Source of the DNA: Candidatus Multivoradales bacterium
Lineage (GTDB): Bacteria > Acidobacteriota > Thermoanaerobaculia > Multivoradales > JAHEKO01
Assembly (NCBI GenBank): GCA_965223155.1
Contig: CBDCVR010000015.1
Location: forward strand, 992,001 to 1,056,000
Direction of reading: 5' to 3'
DNA length: 64,000 bases
The notes beneath the pieces were generated by a model, which ran no database searches, was not told where the DNA came from, and saw only the letters and a program-made list of their open reading frames with translations. Shown piece by piece: positions 19,574 through 30,516 of this stretch (position 1 is its first letter; each line of letters opens with the position of its first letter). The position numbers were made by a program, and so were the translations under genes.

Positions 19574-20415
19574 GACTCCTCCTCGTCGTCTTCGAGCATG
19601 AGCTCGTCCGGAAGCTCGGTCTTCTCCAGCAGGTAGACCTGATCCAGCCGTCCCAGCTCGACCGCCGGCACCAGGCGGATGCGGTGGAAGAGCTCGTCGC
19701 CGGGCTCGACCGACACCACCGTGCCGATCGGGACCCCGCGCGGGTACACGCTGTCGATGCCGGCGGTAACAATCCGGTCGCCGACGCGCACCTCTTCCTG
19801 CAGGGGCACGAAGTCGAGATCCAAGAAGCCGTCCTCGGCGCCGCGCACGATGCCCTGCCGGCGGGAGCGCTCGATCATGGCGCCGACGCTCGCGGCCCGA
19901 TCGGTGACCAGCTGGACCTTGGCGTAGCTGCCCGCCGGCACCACCACCCGGCCGACCAGGCCCGACGCCGTGACCACCGGCTGCTGACGCTCGGCGCCCT
20001 CAGGGCCCGCGTACAGCACCAAGGTCTGCTGCCACGAGCGGTAGTCGAGATGGACCACGTCGGCCACCCGCGGACGCGAGCCGCGCAGGCGCTCGTAGCG
20101 CAAGGCGCTCGAGAGCCGGCCCAGCTCGTCTTCGATGCCGAAGCTCCGCACGCGCTCGCGCCTGAGCTCGTCCACCTCGGTTCGTAGCTGCCGGTTCTCC
20201 TCCCGCAACCGGCGGCGCGACTTGAGATACTCCCGCGAATTCGACAGGCCGCCTACCGACGCCTTGACCGTGCGCGCCACCGGCGAGACCATGCGCACCA
20301 GCGCCGACTCCAGAACGCTCCGATCGGGCTCGGCCGAGCGCACCTGCGCGCTCAGCAGAAAGAGCTGAATCACGAGAGCGACCGCCAGCAGCCAGCGGGT
20401 GGTTTTCTCGTCCAC
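19570..20415 (-). CDS. mreC: Rod shape-determining protein MreC
   Basis: TM plus coiled coil, GLVGRV, YPRGVPIGTV; synteny. Confidence 0.9.
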   Translation of the reverse strand: MDEKTTRWLLAVALVIQLFLLSAQVRSAEPDRSVLESALVRMVSPVARTVKASVGGLSNSREYLKSRRRLREENRQLRTEVDELRRERVRSFGIEDELGRLSSALRYERLRGSRPRVADVVHLDYRSWQQTLVLYAGPEGAERQQPVVTASGLVGRVVVPAGSYAKVQLVTDRAASVGAMIERSRRQGIVRGAEDGFLDLDFVPLQEEVRVGDRIVTAGIDSVYPRGVPIGTVVSVEPGDELFHRIRLVPAVELGRLDQVYLLEKTELPDELMLEDDEEES

Positions 20416-20519
20416 GCCTCCGCCCTCGCCGGCTTAGCGCGGTCCGTGCTCTCGCCGTACGTCTCCGGGCCGCGATCCTTCGCCGGAGTACCCCGGCGAG
20501 TGGTTCGCCGCCTCGGCCG

Positions 20520-21545
<1,026 letters not shown>

Positions 21546-22763
21546 CTATCTCCCCTGTTCCTGGCCGTCCGTGCCGGACGACGTCGCGGCTTGCCGAGAA
21601 GCCAGGACCCGGAAGCGTCTAGGCGAGCTCCACGGTCCCTGCTCGCCAGCCCGATCGAACGCGGCGACCCTCCAGACGAACGCGCCCTCTCCCCGGAGCC
21701 CGACTGTGGCCAGGGTCTTGCGGCGGTTGGTGTCCTCGATCACGTTATCCACGAAAAGGCGATTGGCCGAGACCTGGAGCGCGTAGCGCTCGGCGTCTCG
21801 AACCGGACGCCAGGTCAGCTCCACTTCGCGAGCCCCGTCGAGATAGAGCTCGAGGTCGTCGGACGGACCCAGAAGCTCCGGGGCATCCGGCACCTTGCGC
21901 GGCGCCGATAGCCCCGCGCGCCGCTGAACGACCTGCTCGAGCGCGCCGACTTGACGCTCCGCCCCTCCGTCCAAGGCGGCTACCTTGAGCGCCCCGTAGA
22001 AGGCGGTGAACTTGCCCTCGCCCTTTTCCTGGTCGTACGAGACGACGGCCTCGGAGCGCTCCTGGATCTCGGCTTGGGCCTTGGGTGTGGTGACCGTGCT
22101 GGCGGCATCGGCGGTACTCAGGTTGACCCATCCCGACTCCAGCGCGATCGTCCGGCTGGACCGGCCGCTCGAAGTTCGCCGGGCTCGGCTCACAAGGACT
22201 ACAGTACCCGGCCGAACGGTAAAGAGCGTGCCGTCCACCATCATGACTTCGGCCGAGCCGCCACTCGAGGTCTTGATGTAGTCGCCAGCGTGCAGGACGG
22301 TTCGCGCCCGCGCCGGCGACCACTCGCCGCGCTCACCGCGCCGGACCTCGACGCCGCCTCGAGTCGAAATGAACTGGGCCTCGCCCGAGGGGCTCCGATT
22401 GCGCAGGGCGTCGGACACCGAACCCAGGAGCGATCGGCTGCGTTCGGCCTTGCCCAGAGCCTCGGCAAGCTCGTCCTTGTCGTAGTGCTCCCGGGCGCGG
22501 TCGAGCTCCTCCTGGGCGGTCACGAACTTCTCACGGTGGGAGGCGACACCGCGCTCACGGCGCAGGCGCTTGGCGAGAGCGTCGGCTTCCTGGATGGCAA
22601 GCGACGCTTCCCGCTCCAGCAGATGCTCGGCCAGCAGTCGGTAGCCGACGAAGCCGCCGACCACGATCGTCGCCAGGAGCAGGAACGTCGTCCAGCCACG
22701 CAGGGCATCGACCGAGATCTTGTAGTAGTACTTGGAGCTGGGCTTCCTATCCTGCGGGGGCAC
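21546..22763 (-). CDS. Membrane-anchored FecR-like domain protein with C-terminal FN3-like domain
   Basis: GTG 22763 with GGAGGT RBS; single TM; helical segment; LHAGDYIKTSSGGSAEV...DGT; YALQVS...WRVAAFD...GPWS. Confidence 0.7.
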   Translation of the reverse strand: MPPQDRKPSSKYYYKISVDALRGWTTFLLLATIVVGGFVGYRLLAEHLLEREASLAIQEADALAKRLRRERGVASHREKFVTAQEELDRAREHYDKDELAEALGKAERSRSLLGSVSDALRNRSPSGEAQFISTRGGVEVRRGERGEWSPARARTVLHAGDYIKTSSGGSAEVMMVDGTLFTVRPGTVVLVSRARRTSSGRSSRTIALESGWVNLSTADAASTVTTPKAQAEIQERSEAVVSYDQEKGEGKFTAFYGALKVAALDGGAERQVGALEQVVQRRAGLSAPRKVPDAPELLGPSDDLELYLDGAREVELTWRPVRDAERYALQVSANRLFVDNVIEDTNRRKTLATVGLRGEGAFVWRVAAFDRAGEQGPWSSPRRFRVLASRQAATSSGTDGQEQGR

Positions 22764-22966
22764 CGGACCTCCGGATCTTGCGACGCTGTCAGGGAGCTGG
22801 GACCGGGTCCGTCGAGCCGGCCTCCAGGACGCGGCAATATAGCACAAAGCCAATGTTCACCGGGGTTTATGCGTCTTGCCGGTGCTCCTACCGCCTGCTA
22901 GAGTCGGCGCCTGTCTTCGGCGCCCGTCCGGGCGCGTCCGGATGGTTCCGGACGGAGGTTCCTAGC

Positions 22967-24892
22967 ATGCTGAAAGGGTTTCGCGACAATCTCAAGCGGC
23001 TCCATTGGGTCCTGTGGCTGGTCATCGCCGCCTTCATTCTGATCGAGTTCGGTATCTTCGCCGGCTCCGACCAGAGCGGCGGCGCCTCGGACACCGCGGT
23101 CTACGTTGGCGACGAGACCATCTCGTACCCGGAGTTCGAACAGGCCTACCGACGCATGGAAGGTCTCTATCGCCAGGCCTACGGCGATCGCTTCAACGCG
23201 GACTTTGCCCGCCAGATGGGACTGCCGATGCAGGTACTGGATTCGCTGGTCGCCGACCGCATCCTCCTGATGGAGGCCGAACGGCTCGAGCTGGGCGTTA
23301 CCGATACGGAACTGCGCGAGCAGATCTTGTCGCTGGAGGTCTTCCAGGAAGATGACGGCGCCTTCATCGGCCAGACCGAATACCAGCGCATCCTCAGAGC
23401 CAACGGTCTCGACGCCGATTCCTTCGAGGCAAGCGTGCGCCGCGATCTCGTCCTGGACAAGGTTCGGGGCTTGCTGGCTCGCGACTTCTACGTCTCGGAC
23501 GGCGACATCGAGACCGAGTACCGGCGTCAGGTCGAGCGCGCCTCGCTACGCTTCGTCAAGCTACCCTACGACCGGGTCGACGGAGTCGAGCTCGACGAGG
23601 CCACCCTTATCGAATATTTCGACGCCAACAAGGAAGACTTCCGCACGCCCGAGCGGCGAACCGCCGACTACCTGGTGGTCGACGTCAACCAACTCCGCAC
23701 TTCGATCGTTCTCGACGACTCCGAACTGCGCTCGTACTACGAGGCCAACAAGGCCGACTACAACCTCCCCGAACAGGTGCGGGCGCGTCACATCCTGCTC
23801 CAGGTCAACGACGAGCGCAACGCCGAGACCGCGCGCGCCCAGCTCGAAGCGGCGCGCGCCCGGATTCTGGCCGGCGAGGACTTCGGCGCTCTCGCCGAGA
23901 GCCTTTCCGAGGACCCGGGCAGCAAGACCCGGGGCGGCGACTTGGGATTCTTCGGACGCGGTGCCATGGTCCCCGCTTTCGAGGAAGCCTCCTTCGCCGC
24001 TCAACCCGGCGAGCTGGTGGGACCGGTGGCGACCGATTTCGGCCTCCATCTGATCGAGGTGCTCGAAAAGAACGTCGGAGGCCAGCAGGGCTTCGAGGAC
24101 GTCTCTGGGGCGATCCGCCAGCAGCTTCTGGCCGACAAGGCCCGGAGCGCGGCCGAAGAGAAGGCCCAGGTGCTTGCCGCCAAGGCAGCCGAGACCGGAG
24201 AGCTTTCGGCTCTAGCCGAGGAAGAGGCCGGCGTTTCGTACCAGACCGCCGAATCCTTCGGCCGCGACGACAACGTTGCCGGCATCGGCCGGGCAACTCC
24301 GTTCGCGGCCGAGGCCTTCGGGCTCGCAGCCGGTGAGGTTTCCGCGCCGGTACGGATCGCCCGCGGCTGGGCCATCCTGCGGGTGGCGGCGGTCGAGGAG
24401 CCGCGCCTGCCCGAGCTCGACGAGGTCCGGGCCGAGGTCGAAGCCGCCGCTCGCAACGCCCGGCTCCGCCAGCTCGCTGCCGAGCGGCTTGCCGCCTGGA
24501 GCGATCGAGACGAAGACGGGACCCTCGATGCTTTGGCCGAATCCCTGAATCTCGAGATCGAGGAGACCGAACCGTTCAACCGCGATGGCGCGGTCGGATC
24601 GCTGGGCCGGATCGCCGAGCTCTCGAGTGCGGCCTTCGCCGGCGAGGCAGGGGACTGGGTCGGACCGGTCGAAACCGAGACCGGCGCCGTACTCGGACGG
24701 ATCAGCGAGCGCACCCGCATGGATCCGGCGGAGTTCGAGACTGAAAAGGACGCCACGCGCCAGGCTCTGGCCTCGCGGCGGGCGACACAGCTCATCGCCT
24801 CCCTGGTCACGCAGCGGCGCGAGGAACTCGAGGTTCGCTTCGACCCGCAACTGCTCGAGAACTTCGAGATCGCCGCACCCGGCGGCGCCTGA
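22967..24892 (+). CDS. ppiD: PpiD-like parvulin peptidyl-prolyl isomerase (SurA N-terminal domain)
   Basis: N-terminal TM, VRARHIL, SEDPGSKTRGGDLG, MVPAFEEA, TDFGLHLI; RBS GGAGGT. Confidence 0.85.
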   Translation: MLKGFRDNLKRLHWVLWLVIAAFILIEFGIFAGSDQSGGASDTAVYVGDETISYPEFEQAYRRMEGLYRQAYGDRFNADFARQMGLPMQVLDSLVADRILLMEAERLELGVTDTELREQILSLEVFQEDDGAFIGQTEYQRILRANGLDADSFEASVRRDLVLDKVRGLLARDFYVSDGDIETEYRRQVERASLRFVKLPYDRVDGVELDEATLIEYFDANKEDFRTPERRTADYLVVDVNQLRTSIVLDDSELRSYYEANKADYNLPEQVRARHILLQVNDERNAETARAQLEAARARILAGEDFGALAESLSEDPGSKTRGGDLGFFGRGAMVPAFEEASFAAQPGELVGPVATDFGLHLIEVLEKNVGGQQGFEDVSGAIRQQLLADKARSAAEEKAQVLAAKAAETGELSALAEEEAGVSYQTAESFGRDDNVAGIGRATPFAAEAFGLAAGEVSAPVRIARGWAILRVAAVEEPRLPELDEVRAEVEAAARNARLRQLAAERLAAWSDRDEDGTLDALAESLNLEIEETEPFNRDGAVGSLGRIAELSSAAFAGEAGDWVGPVETETGAVLGRISERTRMDPAEFETEKDATRQALASRRATQLIASLVTQRREELEVRFDPQLLENFEIAAPGGA

Positions 24893-24947
24893 TCGCCGTG
24901 ACCGCCCGTGACGGAACAACCGGCCAGGGCCGTGCCAGGTTCGGGTT

Positions 24948-25541
24948 TTGATCGGCTACCTTCGCGGCAAGATCCTCGAGTCCTCACCCGAGCGCGTCCT
25001 GCTGGATGTGGGCGGCGTGGGCTACGAGCTGGCGATTCCGCTCTCGACCTACTCGGAGCTCGACCGCTCGGACAGGGCTGACGCGGTCGGGCTCTACGTC
25101 CACACTCATGTCCGGGCCGAAGCACTCGAGCTCTTCGGCTTCTGGACCCGGCGCGAACGGCACTTGTTCGAGACCCTGATCAAAATCTCCGGCGTCGGCC
25201 CCAAGCTGGCTCGCGTCATTCTTTCTGGAATGAGTACCGAGGACCTGGTGCGAGCGATCGCCGGTGAGGACGCCGCCCGGCTCGCGACCATCCCGGGCAT
25301 CGGCAAGAAGACCGCCGAGCGCATGGTCGTCGAGCTCAAGGACACGATGAGCGAGCTCGCGGCCGAGCTCCCCGGCGGCCCGCCCAGCTCGGCCGAGGAC
25401 GACCTGCTGGCGGCTTTGCTGAACCTCGGCTACCGGGCGTCCGAAGCCGAGAAGGCCCTCGTCCAAGCCCGCGCCGAGCATCCCGAGGGCACCTTTGAAG
25501 AGCTCCTCCGTGCCAGCCTGCGACCCCTGGCCGGAGGCTAG
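24948..25541 (+). CDS. ruvA: Holliday junction branch migration protein RuvA
   Basis: MIGYLRG, DVGGVGYE, ISGVGPKLA, PGIGKKTAER. Confidence 0.95.
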   Translation: MIGYLRGKILESSPERVLLDVGGVGYELAIPLSTYSELDRSDRADAVGLYVHTHVRAEALELFGFWTRRERHLFETLIKISGVGPKLARVILSGMSTEDLVRAIAGEDAARLATIPGIGKKTAERMVVELKDTMSELAAELPGGPPSSAEDDLLAALLNLGYRASEAEKALVQARAEHPEGTFEELLRASLRPLAGG

Positions 25542-25566
25542 CGGCCCCGCCGTACAATAGCTTTCG

Positions 25567-26592
25567 ATGGTCGACGACAGAGCGCTCCTTTCGGGCAACC
25601 CCGACTCCGAGGATCTCGGCGTCGAGGTCTCGCTCCGGCCCCGCTCGCTCGAGGACTACGTCGGCCAGGAACGAGTCGTGCGCAAGATGCGCGTCTTCCT
25701 CGAGGCCGCCCGCGGCCGCGGCGAGGCGCTCGACCACGTCCTGCTCTTCGGCCCGCCCGGACTCGGCAAGACCACCCTGGCCCACATCGTCGCCGCCGAG
25801 ATGGGGACCTCGATCCGCACCACCTCGGGACCGGTACTGGAACGAGCCGCCGATCTCGCCGCCATCCTCACCAACCTGGAGCGGGGCGAGGTTCTCTTCA
25901 TCGACGAGATCCACCGCCTGGGGCCGACCGTCGAAGAGATCCTCTACCCCGCGCTCGAGGACTACGCCCTGGATCTGGTCATCGGGCAGGGGCCGGCCGC
26001 GCGCACCATGCGTCTCGAGCTGCCGCCCTTCACCCTGGTCGGCGCCACCACCCGTGCCGGCCTGATCACGGCGCCGCTCCGCGCTCGCTTCGGCATCGTT
26101 CACCGCCTGGACTTCTACGCACCAGCCGAGCTGGGCCGGATCGTGCGCCGCTCCGGGCGGCTTCTCGACATCGAGGTCGACCAGGAAGGCTCGGAGGAGA
26201 TCGCCCGCCGGAGCCGGGGCACCCCCAGAATCGCCAACCGGCTGTTGCGCCGGGTGCGCGACTACGCCCAGGTGCACGGCTCGGGACACATCGACCGGGA
26301 CGCCGCCGAGAAGGCGCTCGAGCTCCTGGAGGTCGACGAGTACGGCTTCGATGAGGTGGACCGGAAGATCCTGGCGTCGCTTATCGAGCAGTACCAAGGC
26401 GGACCGGCCGGTATCCAGGCCCTGGCCGCCTCGATCGGCGAGGACCGCGGCACTCTCGAGGATCTGTACGAGCCGTACTTGATCCAAGAAGGCTTCCTGC
26501 AGCGAACACCGCGAGGCCGCGTAGCCACTCGCAGGGCCTACGAGCATCTGGGTATCGATCCGCCCGCGGGCTCGGTCGGCTCGCTGTTCTGA
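25567..26592 (+). CDS. ruvB: Holliday junction branch migration helicase RuvB
   Basis: [40 protein letters not shown]. Confidence 0.97.
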   Translation: MVDDRALLSGNPDSEDLGVEVSLRPRSLEDYVGQERVVRKMRVFLEAARGRGEALDHVLLFGPPGLGKTTLAHIVAAEMGTSIRTTSGPVLERAADLAAILTNLERGEVLFIDEIHRLGPTVEEILYPALEDYALDLVIGQGPAARTMRLELPPFTLVGATTRAGLITAPLRARFGIVHRLDFYAPAELGRIVRRSGRLLDIEVDQEGSEEIARRSRGTPRIANRLLRRVRDYAQVHGSGHIDRDAAEKALELLEVDEYGFDEVDRKILASLIEQYQGGPAGIQALAASIGEDRGTLEDLYEPYLIQEGFLQRTPRGRVATRRAYEHLGIDPPAGSVGSLF

Positions 26593-26600
26593 GCGCGGCG

Positions 26601-27596
26601 GTGTCCGGCAAGGCGGTCTTGGTTTTCAACCCGTTCGCGGGCCGGCACCGCACCGGCGAGTTGTCCCGAACGGTCGCGGCCGAGCTCGACGGGCAAGGCT
26701 TCTCGGTCACCAGCGTACCCACGCGCGGACCCGGCGATGCCACCACGCGCGCTCGGGTCGCGGCCTCGAGCGGCGCCAGCGCGGTTTTCGCTCTGGGCGG
26801 AGACGGAACGCTGCGCGAATGCGCGGCTGGCCTTGCCGGCTCCGAAACCGCGCTCGGATTCCTTCCCGCCGGAACGGTCAACGTCATGGCCTTCGAGCTG
26901 GGCTTGCCGGGGCGGCCACTCGCCGCCGCCCGCGCCCACCGGAGCTCCCGCGCCCGGGCCTTCGACGTCGGCTACGCCGGGGATGAGACCTTTCTCATGC
27001 AGTGCTCGGCGGGGTTCGACGCCCGGCTCATCGCCGAGCTCCGTTCCGAGGAGAAGCGGCGGCTGGGCCGGCTGGCGGTGCTGCCGGCGACATTGCGAAG
27101 CCTCGCTCGTTACCGGTTTCCGTCGTTCGGGGTCGAGACCGCCTCGGGCCGGAGCTCGGCCACTCTGGCGGTGGTTTCGAACATTCGGCGCTACGGCGGT
27201 CCCTGGAAGATCGCTCCGGCCGCCTCGACCGAAGATGGCGAGCTCGACCTCGTTCTCCACTCGGGATCGGGCCGCCGGGCGATCCTGGCTTTCGCGCTAC
27301 GTCTTCTCTTCGGCCGGCACCTCGCGGGACGGCACTGCCGGCTGGAGCGGGTGCGCGAAGCGACGCTTCTTCCCGCGCCGGGCGCGCCGCGGCAGCTGGA
27401 CGGCGAGCGCGGCCCGGCCGCGGAACCCCTTCGCGTCACGGTCGCCCGCCGGGCTCTCCGCATGCTGATCCCGGACCGTGCCTCAGCACGCTCGGCTGCC
27501 TCCGCTGGCTCCGCTGGCTCCGATCGCTCCGATCACTCCGCGAACTCAGTAGATTCCGAGACCGGCCCCGGCTCTGTTGGACGAGACTTCACCTAG
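26601..27596 (+). CDS. Diacylglycerol/lipid kinase family protein (YegS/BmrU-like)
   Basis: NPFAG, GGDGTL, PAGTVN, QLDGE; low-complexity tail encoded by a 9-bp repeat. Confidence 0.88.
   Translation: MSGKAVLVFNPFAGRHRTGELSRTVAAELDGQGFSVTSVPTRGPGDATTRARVAASSGASAVFALGGDGTLRECAAGLAGSETALGFLPAGTVNVMAFELGLPGRPLAAARAHRSSRARAFDVGYAGDETFLMQCSAGFDARLIAELRSEEKRRLGRLAVLPATLRSLARYRFPSFGVETASGRSSATLAVVSNIRRYGGPWKIAPAASTEDGELDLVLHSGSGRRAILAFALRLLFGRHLAGRHCRLERVREATLLPAPGAPRQLDGERGPAAEPLRVTVARRALRMLIPDRASARSAASAGSAGSDRSDHSANSVDSETGPGSVGRDFT
27481..27561. repeat. 9-bp tandem repeat (GCTCCGCTG/GCTCCGATC), ~9 degenerate units, in the lipid kinase tail
   Basis: gctcggctg cctccgctg gctccgctg gctccgatc gctccgatc actccgcga; reads SAA SAG SAG SDR SDH SAN. 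Confidence 0.85.
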
Positions 27597-27623
27597 GGAG
27601 GCTTCTCGGCCCCTTTCTTCACG

Positions 27624-28529
27624 ATGCCCGAGCTTCCCGATCTCGAGACCTACCTGTCCGCGCTCCGCGCGCGCCTTGCCGGTCAGCGGCTGGAGGGCGT
27701 TCGGCTGGCCAGCCCCTTTCTCCTGCGCTCGGTCGAGCCGCCGCTCTCTGATACCGCCGGGCGGATGATTCTGGGATTCCACCGTCTGGGCAAACGCATC
27801 GTCTTCGAGCTCGAAGACGAGCTCTACCTGGTCCTTCACCTCATGCTCGCCGGTCGGCTCCAGTGGCGGGCGCCGCGGGCGGCAATCCCCAAGCGCCGTG
27901 GGCTTGCCGCTTTCGACGCCGCTTCCGGCACTCTTGTCTTGACCGAGGCGGGCACAACGAAGCGCGCCTCGCTCGTCTGCGTGGCTGGACGCGAGGCTCT
28001 CGCGGACCACGATCCGGGCGGCATCGAGCCGCTCGAGGTCTCGTCCGACCGCTTCGCCGAAGCGCTGACGCGGGAGAATCGGACCGTCAAGCGCGCGCTC
28101 ACCGACCCGCGCATTCTGGCCGGGATCGGCAACGCCTATTCGGACGAGATTCTGCACGCCGCGAAGCTTTCGCCCTTCAAGCGTACCCGCGAGCTCTCGG
28201 CCGCCGAACACGCGACCCTCTACAAGGCCACGAGAACCGTCCTGGCAGATTGGACCGAGCGGCTGCTGGTCGAGAGCGAGGACTCCTTCCCGAACCGGGT
28301 GATCGCCTTCCGGCCCGAGATGGCGGTCCACGGGCGCTATCGCGAGCCCTGCCCGGACTGCTCGGAGCCGATCCAGCGGATCCTCTACGCTCGGTCCGAG
28401 GCCAACTACTGCCCGACCTGCCAGACCGGCGGCAAGCTCCTTGCCGACCGGGTGCTGTCGAAGCTTCTGAAGGACGACTGGCCCAAGACCCTCGCGGAGC
28501 TGGAGGAGCGCAAGCGCCCGCCACGCTAG
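27624..28529 (+). CDS. Fpg/Nei family DNA glycosylase/AP lyase
   Basis: N-terminal PELPD, HLMLAGRL, AGIGNAYSDEIL (H2TH), zinc finger CPDC...CPTCQ. Confidence 0.9.
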   Translation: MPELPDLETYLSALRARLAGQRLEGVRLASPFLLRSVEPPLSDTAGRMILGFHRLGKRIVFELEDELYLVLHLMLAGRLQWRAPRAAIPKRRGLAAFDAASGTLVLTEAGTTKRASLVCVAGREALADHDPGGIEPLEVSSDRFAEALTRENRTVKRALTDPRILAGIGNAYSDEILHAAKLSPFKRTRELSAAEHATLYKATRTVLADWTERLLVESEDSFPNRVIAFRPEMAVHGRYREPCPDCSEPIQRILYARSEANYCPTCQTGGKLLADRVLSKLLKDDWPKTLAELEERKRPPR

Positions 28530-28553
28530 ACTCGGGAGCCGAGGTCGATGTCG

Positions 28554-28814
28554 ATGCCTTCTTCCAGCGATCAAGCCAGCCGCGCGCTCCTGGGGCGCTT
28601 TCTTGCCAAGCTCCGGTTCCCCCAGCTCTTCACCTTGGCCGCGGCGCTTTTCGTCGTCGACCTGGTGGTGCCGGATCTCATCCCGTTCGTGGACGAGGTG
28701 CTCTTGGCGGCCGCGACCTATCTGCTGGCGAACCTGCGCAAGCCCGAAGGGGTCTCGGCCCCGCCGGATGGTCCCAAGCCGCCGATGAAGGACATCACCC
28801 CGCCCGAGGACTAG
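28554..28814 (+). CDS. Small membrane protein (DUF6116-like)
   Basis: LRFPQLF...DLVVPDLIPFVDE motif; alternative start at 28548. Confidence 0.65.
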   Translation: MPSSSDQASRALLGRFLAKLRFPQLFTLAAALFVVDLVVPDLIPFVDEVLLAAATYLLANLRKPEGVSAPPDGPKPPMKDITPPED

Positions 28815-30402
28815 CCGGCGCGGCGACGGGCACAGAGCCTTCCTTGAGGAAGTGCCAGCGCAGGCGCGTTCCCGCCTCCGGCCGCTCGAAGACCTCGCGC
28901 GCGATCCGAGCCTCGAACTCGCGCAGCAGGGCCGCGACCGGAACCCCGGCGGCGGCCCGCTCCAGGACATCGGCGGCGTCCGAGCCGGCCTTGGTGATGT
29001 AAGCCTGCCAGATCGCCTGGCGCACCGGCATGGTCGAGAGCGACACGTTGGGAATCGCCCGGGCACCCTGGCGCAGCAGGGCGAGCCGGCGCTTCAAGAC
29101 GGCGGGGTCCTCGACCGTCGAGCGCTGATAGCCCGTGTACGGCTTGGGGATCAGAATGTTGACCCCGAGATGGATCGCACCCAGACGCCCGGTGGGAGCC
29201 AGCTCTTCGACCATGATCGCCTGGCACTCGCGCGCCAGCTCCAGGATCGCTTCGACATCGGCGTCGGTCTCCCCGGGGAGGCCAACGATGAAGTAGAGCT
29301 TGAGCTGGCGCATGCGGTGGCGGAAGACCAACCGTACCTTGTCGAGCAAGAGGGCGTTCGGGATCGGCTTGTTGAGCTTGACCCGGAGCGAGTCGCTGCC
29401 GGTCTCGGGCGCCAGCGTCAGCGTGCGCTCGCCCGAGGCCCTGAGCGCCGCCAGTAAACCATCGCTCACCGCCGGAATCCGGACCGAGGACAGCGAGGTG
29501 CGAAAGCCGAGCTCGTTGCCGGTTTCGAGGATTCGCTCGAGCTCCGGATGGTCGCCCACGGCGGTGGCGACGAAGCCCAGCCGGTCGGTTACGCCACGCG
29601 CCCGATCAAGGGCCCCCAGGATGAACCCGGTCGGGTGCCAGCGAAACCGCCCCATGCCGAACGTCGCCCAGCAGTAGCGGCACTTTTCCGGACAGCCGCG
29701 GGACATCTCGATCAGAAACTTGTCCGCGAACTCGGTGCGCGGGGTGACGATGGCGCTGGTGGGCAGATGTCCGGGCAGAGCCATCTGTTCGGCGGTGAGC
29801 TCGAGCTTGGCCAGTTTGGCGAAGTGTTCTCCGGCTCGAGCCTGGTCTTCGGGCCGGTGGTGCTCGGGCACGAAGAACCCGGCGGTCGCCGCCAGACGCT
29901 CGAGGACCGCCGGCCGCGAGCCTTCTTCGGCAAGCGCCGGCAAAAGCGCCGGCAAGAGGTTCTCGGCGGCACCCAGCGGAAAGACGTCGACGAACTCGGC
30001 CAGCGGCAGGGGGTTGATGGCCGCCGACGCGCCACCCACCAGAACCAGCGGATGGCTGGCGTCGCGCTCGCGCCGGCGCAGCGGGATGCGCGCCCGGGCC
30101 AGCATGTCGAGCATCCGAACGTAGTCCTCTTCGAACGAGATCGAGAAGGCCACGGCGCCCAACTCGGACAGCGGCCGGTCGCTCTCGACCGACCTCGGCT
30201 CCCCGGTGCCGTCGTCGAAGTAGCGCTCGCAGCACCAATCCTCGTACCCATGGACCAGCTCGTAGACGCGGTGAAGCGCCAGCGAGGACATGCCCACGTG
30301 GTAGCTGTTGGCATAGGCCAGGCCCAGCCGCAAGCGGCCGTGCGGCGAAACGCGCGCCACCGGACGCTCGTCCGCCCGGTGCTCTTCCCAGAACGAGCGC
30401 AT
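28795..30402 (-). CDS. Radical SAM protein with B12-binding-like N-terminal domain
   Basis: YANSYHVGMSSL, SRGCPEKCRYC (CxxxCxxC), TLAPETGS, KLYFIVGLPGET. Confidence 0.85.
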   Translation of the reverse strand: MRSFWEEHRADERPVARVSPHGRLRLGLAYANSYHVGMSSLALHRVYELVHGYEDWCCERYFDDGTGEPRSVESDRPLSELGAVAFSISFEEDYVRMLDMLARARIPLRRRERDASHPLVLVGGASAAINPLPLAEFVDVFPLGAAENLLPALLPALAEEGSRPAVLERLAATAGFFVPEHHRPEDQARAGEHFAKLAKLELTAEQMALPGHLPTSAIVTPRTEFADKFLIEMSRGCPEKCRYCWATFGMGRFRWHPTGFILGALDRARGVTDRLGFVATAVGDHPELERILETGNELGFRTSLSSVRIPAVSDGLLAALRASGERTLTLAPETGSDSLRVKLNKPIPNALLLDKVRLVFRHRMRQLKLYFIVGLPGETDADVEAILELARECQAIMVEELAPTGRLGAIHLGVNILIPKPYTGYQRSTVEDPAVLKRRLALLRQGARAIPNVSLSTMPVRQAIWQAYITKAGSDAADVLERAAAGVPVAALLREFEARIAREVFERPEAGTRLRWHFLKEGSVPVAAPASPRAG

Positions 30403-30516
30403 TGTGGCCGCATTATTCCAGAGCCTCGGACCCGAAGCGGCGGCGCAAACCATCTTCGTTGAGGCACCGTATAGCCTTCTGTAGACTGGCTCCGCTTGTT
30501 CCGAATCACCTGTCCG

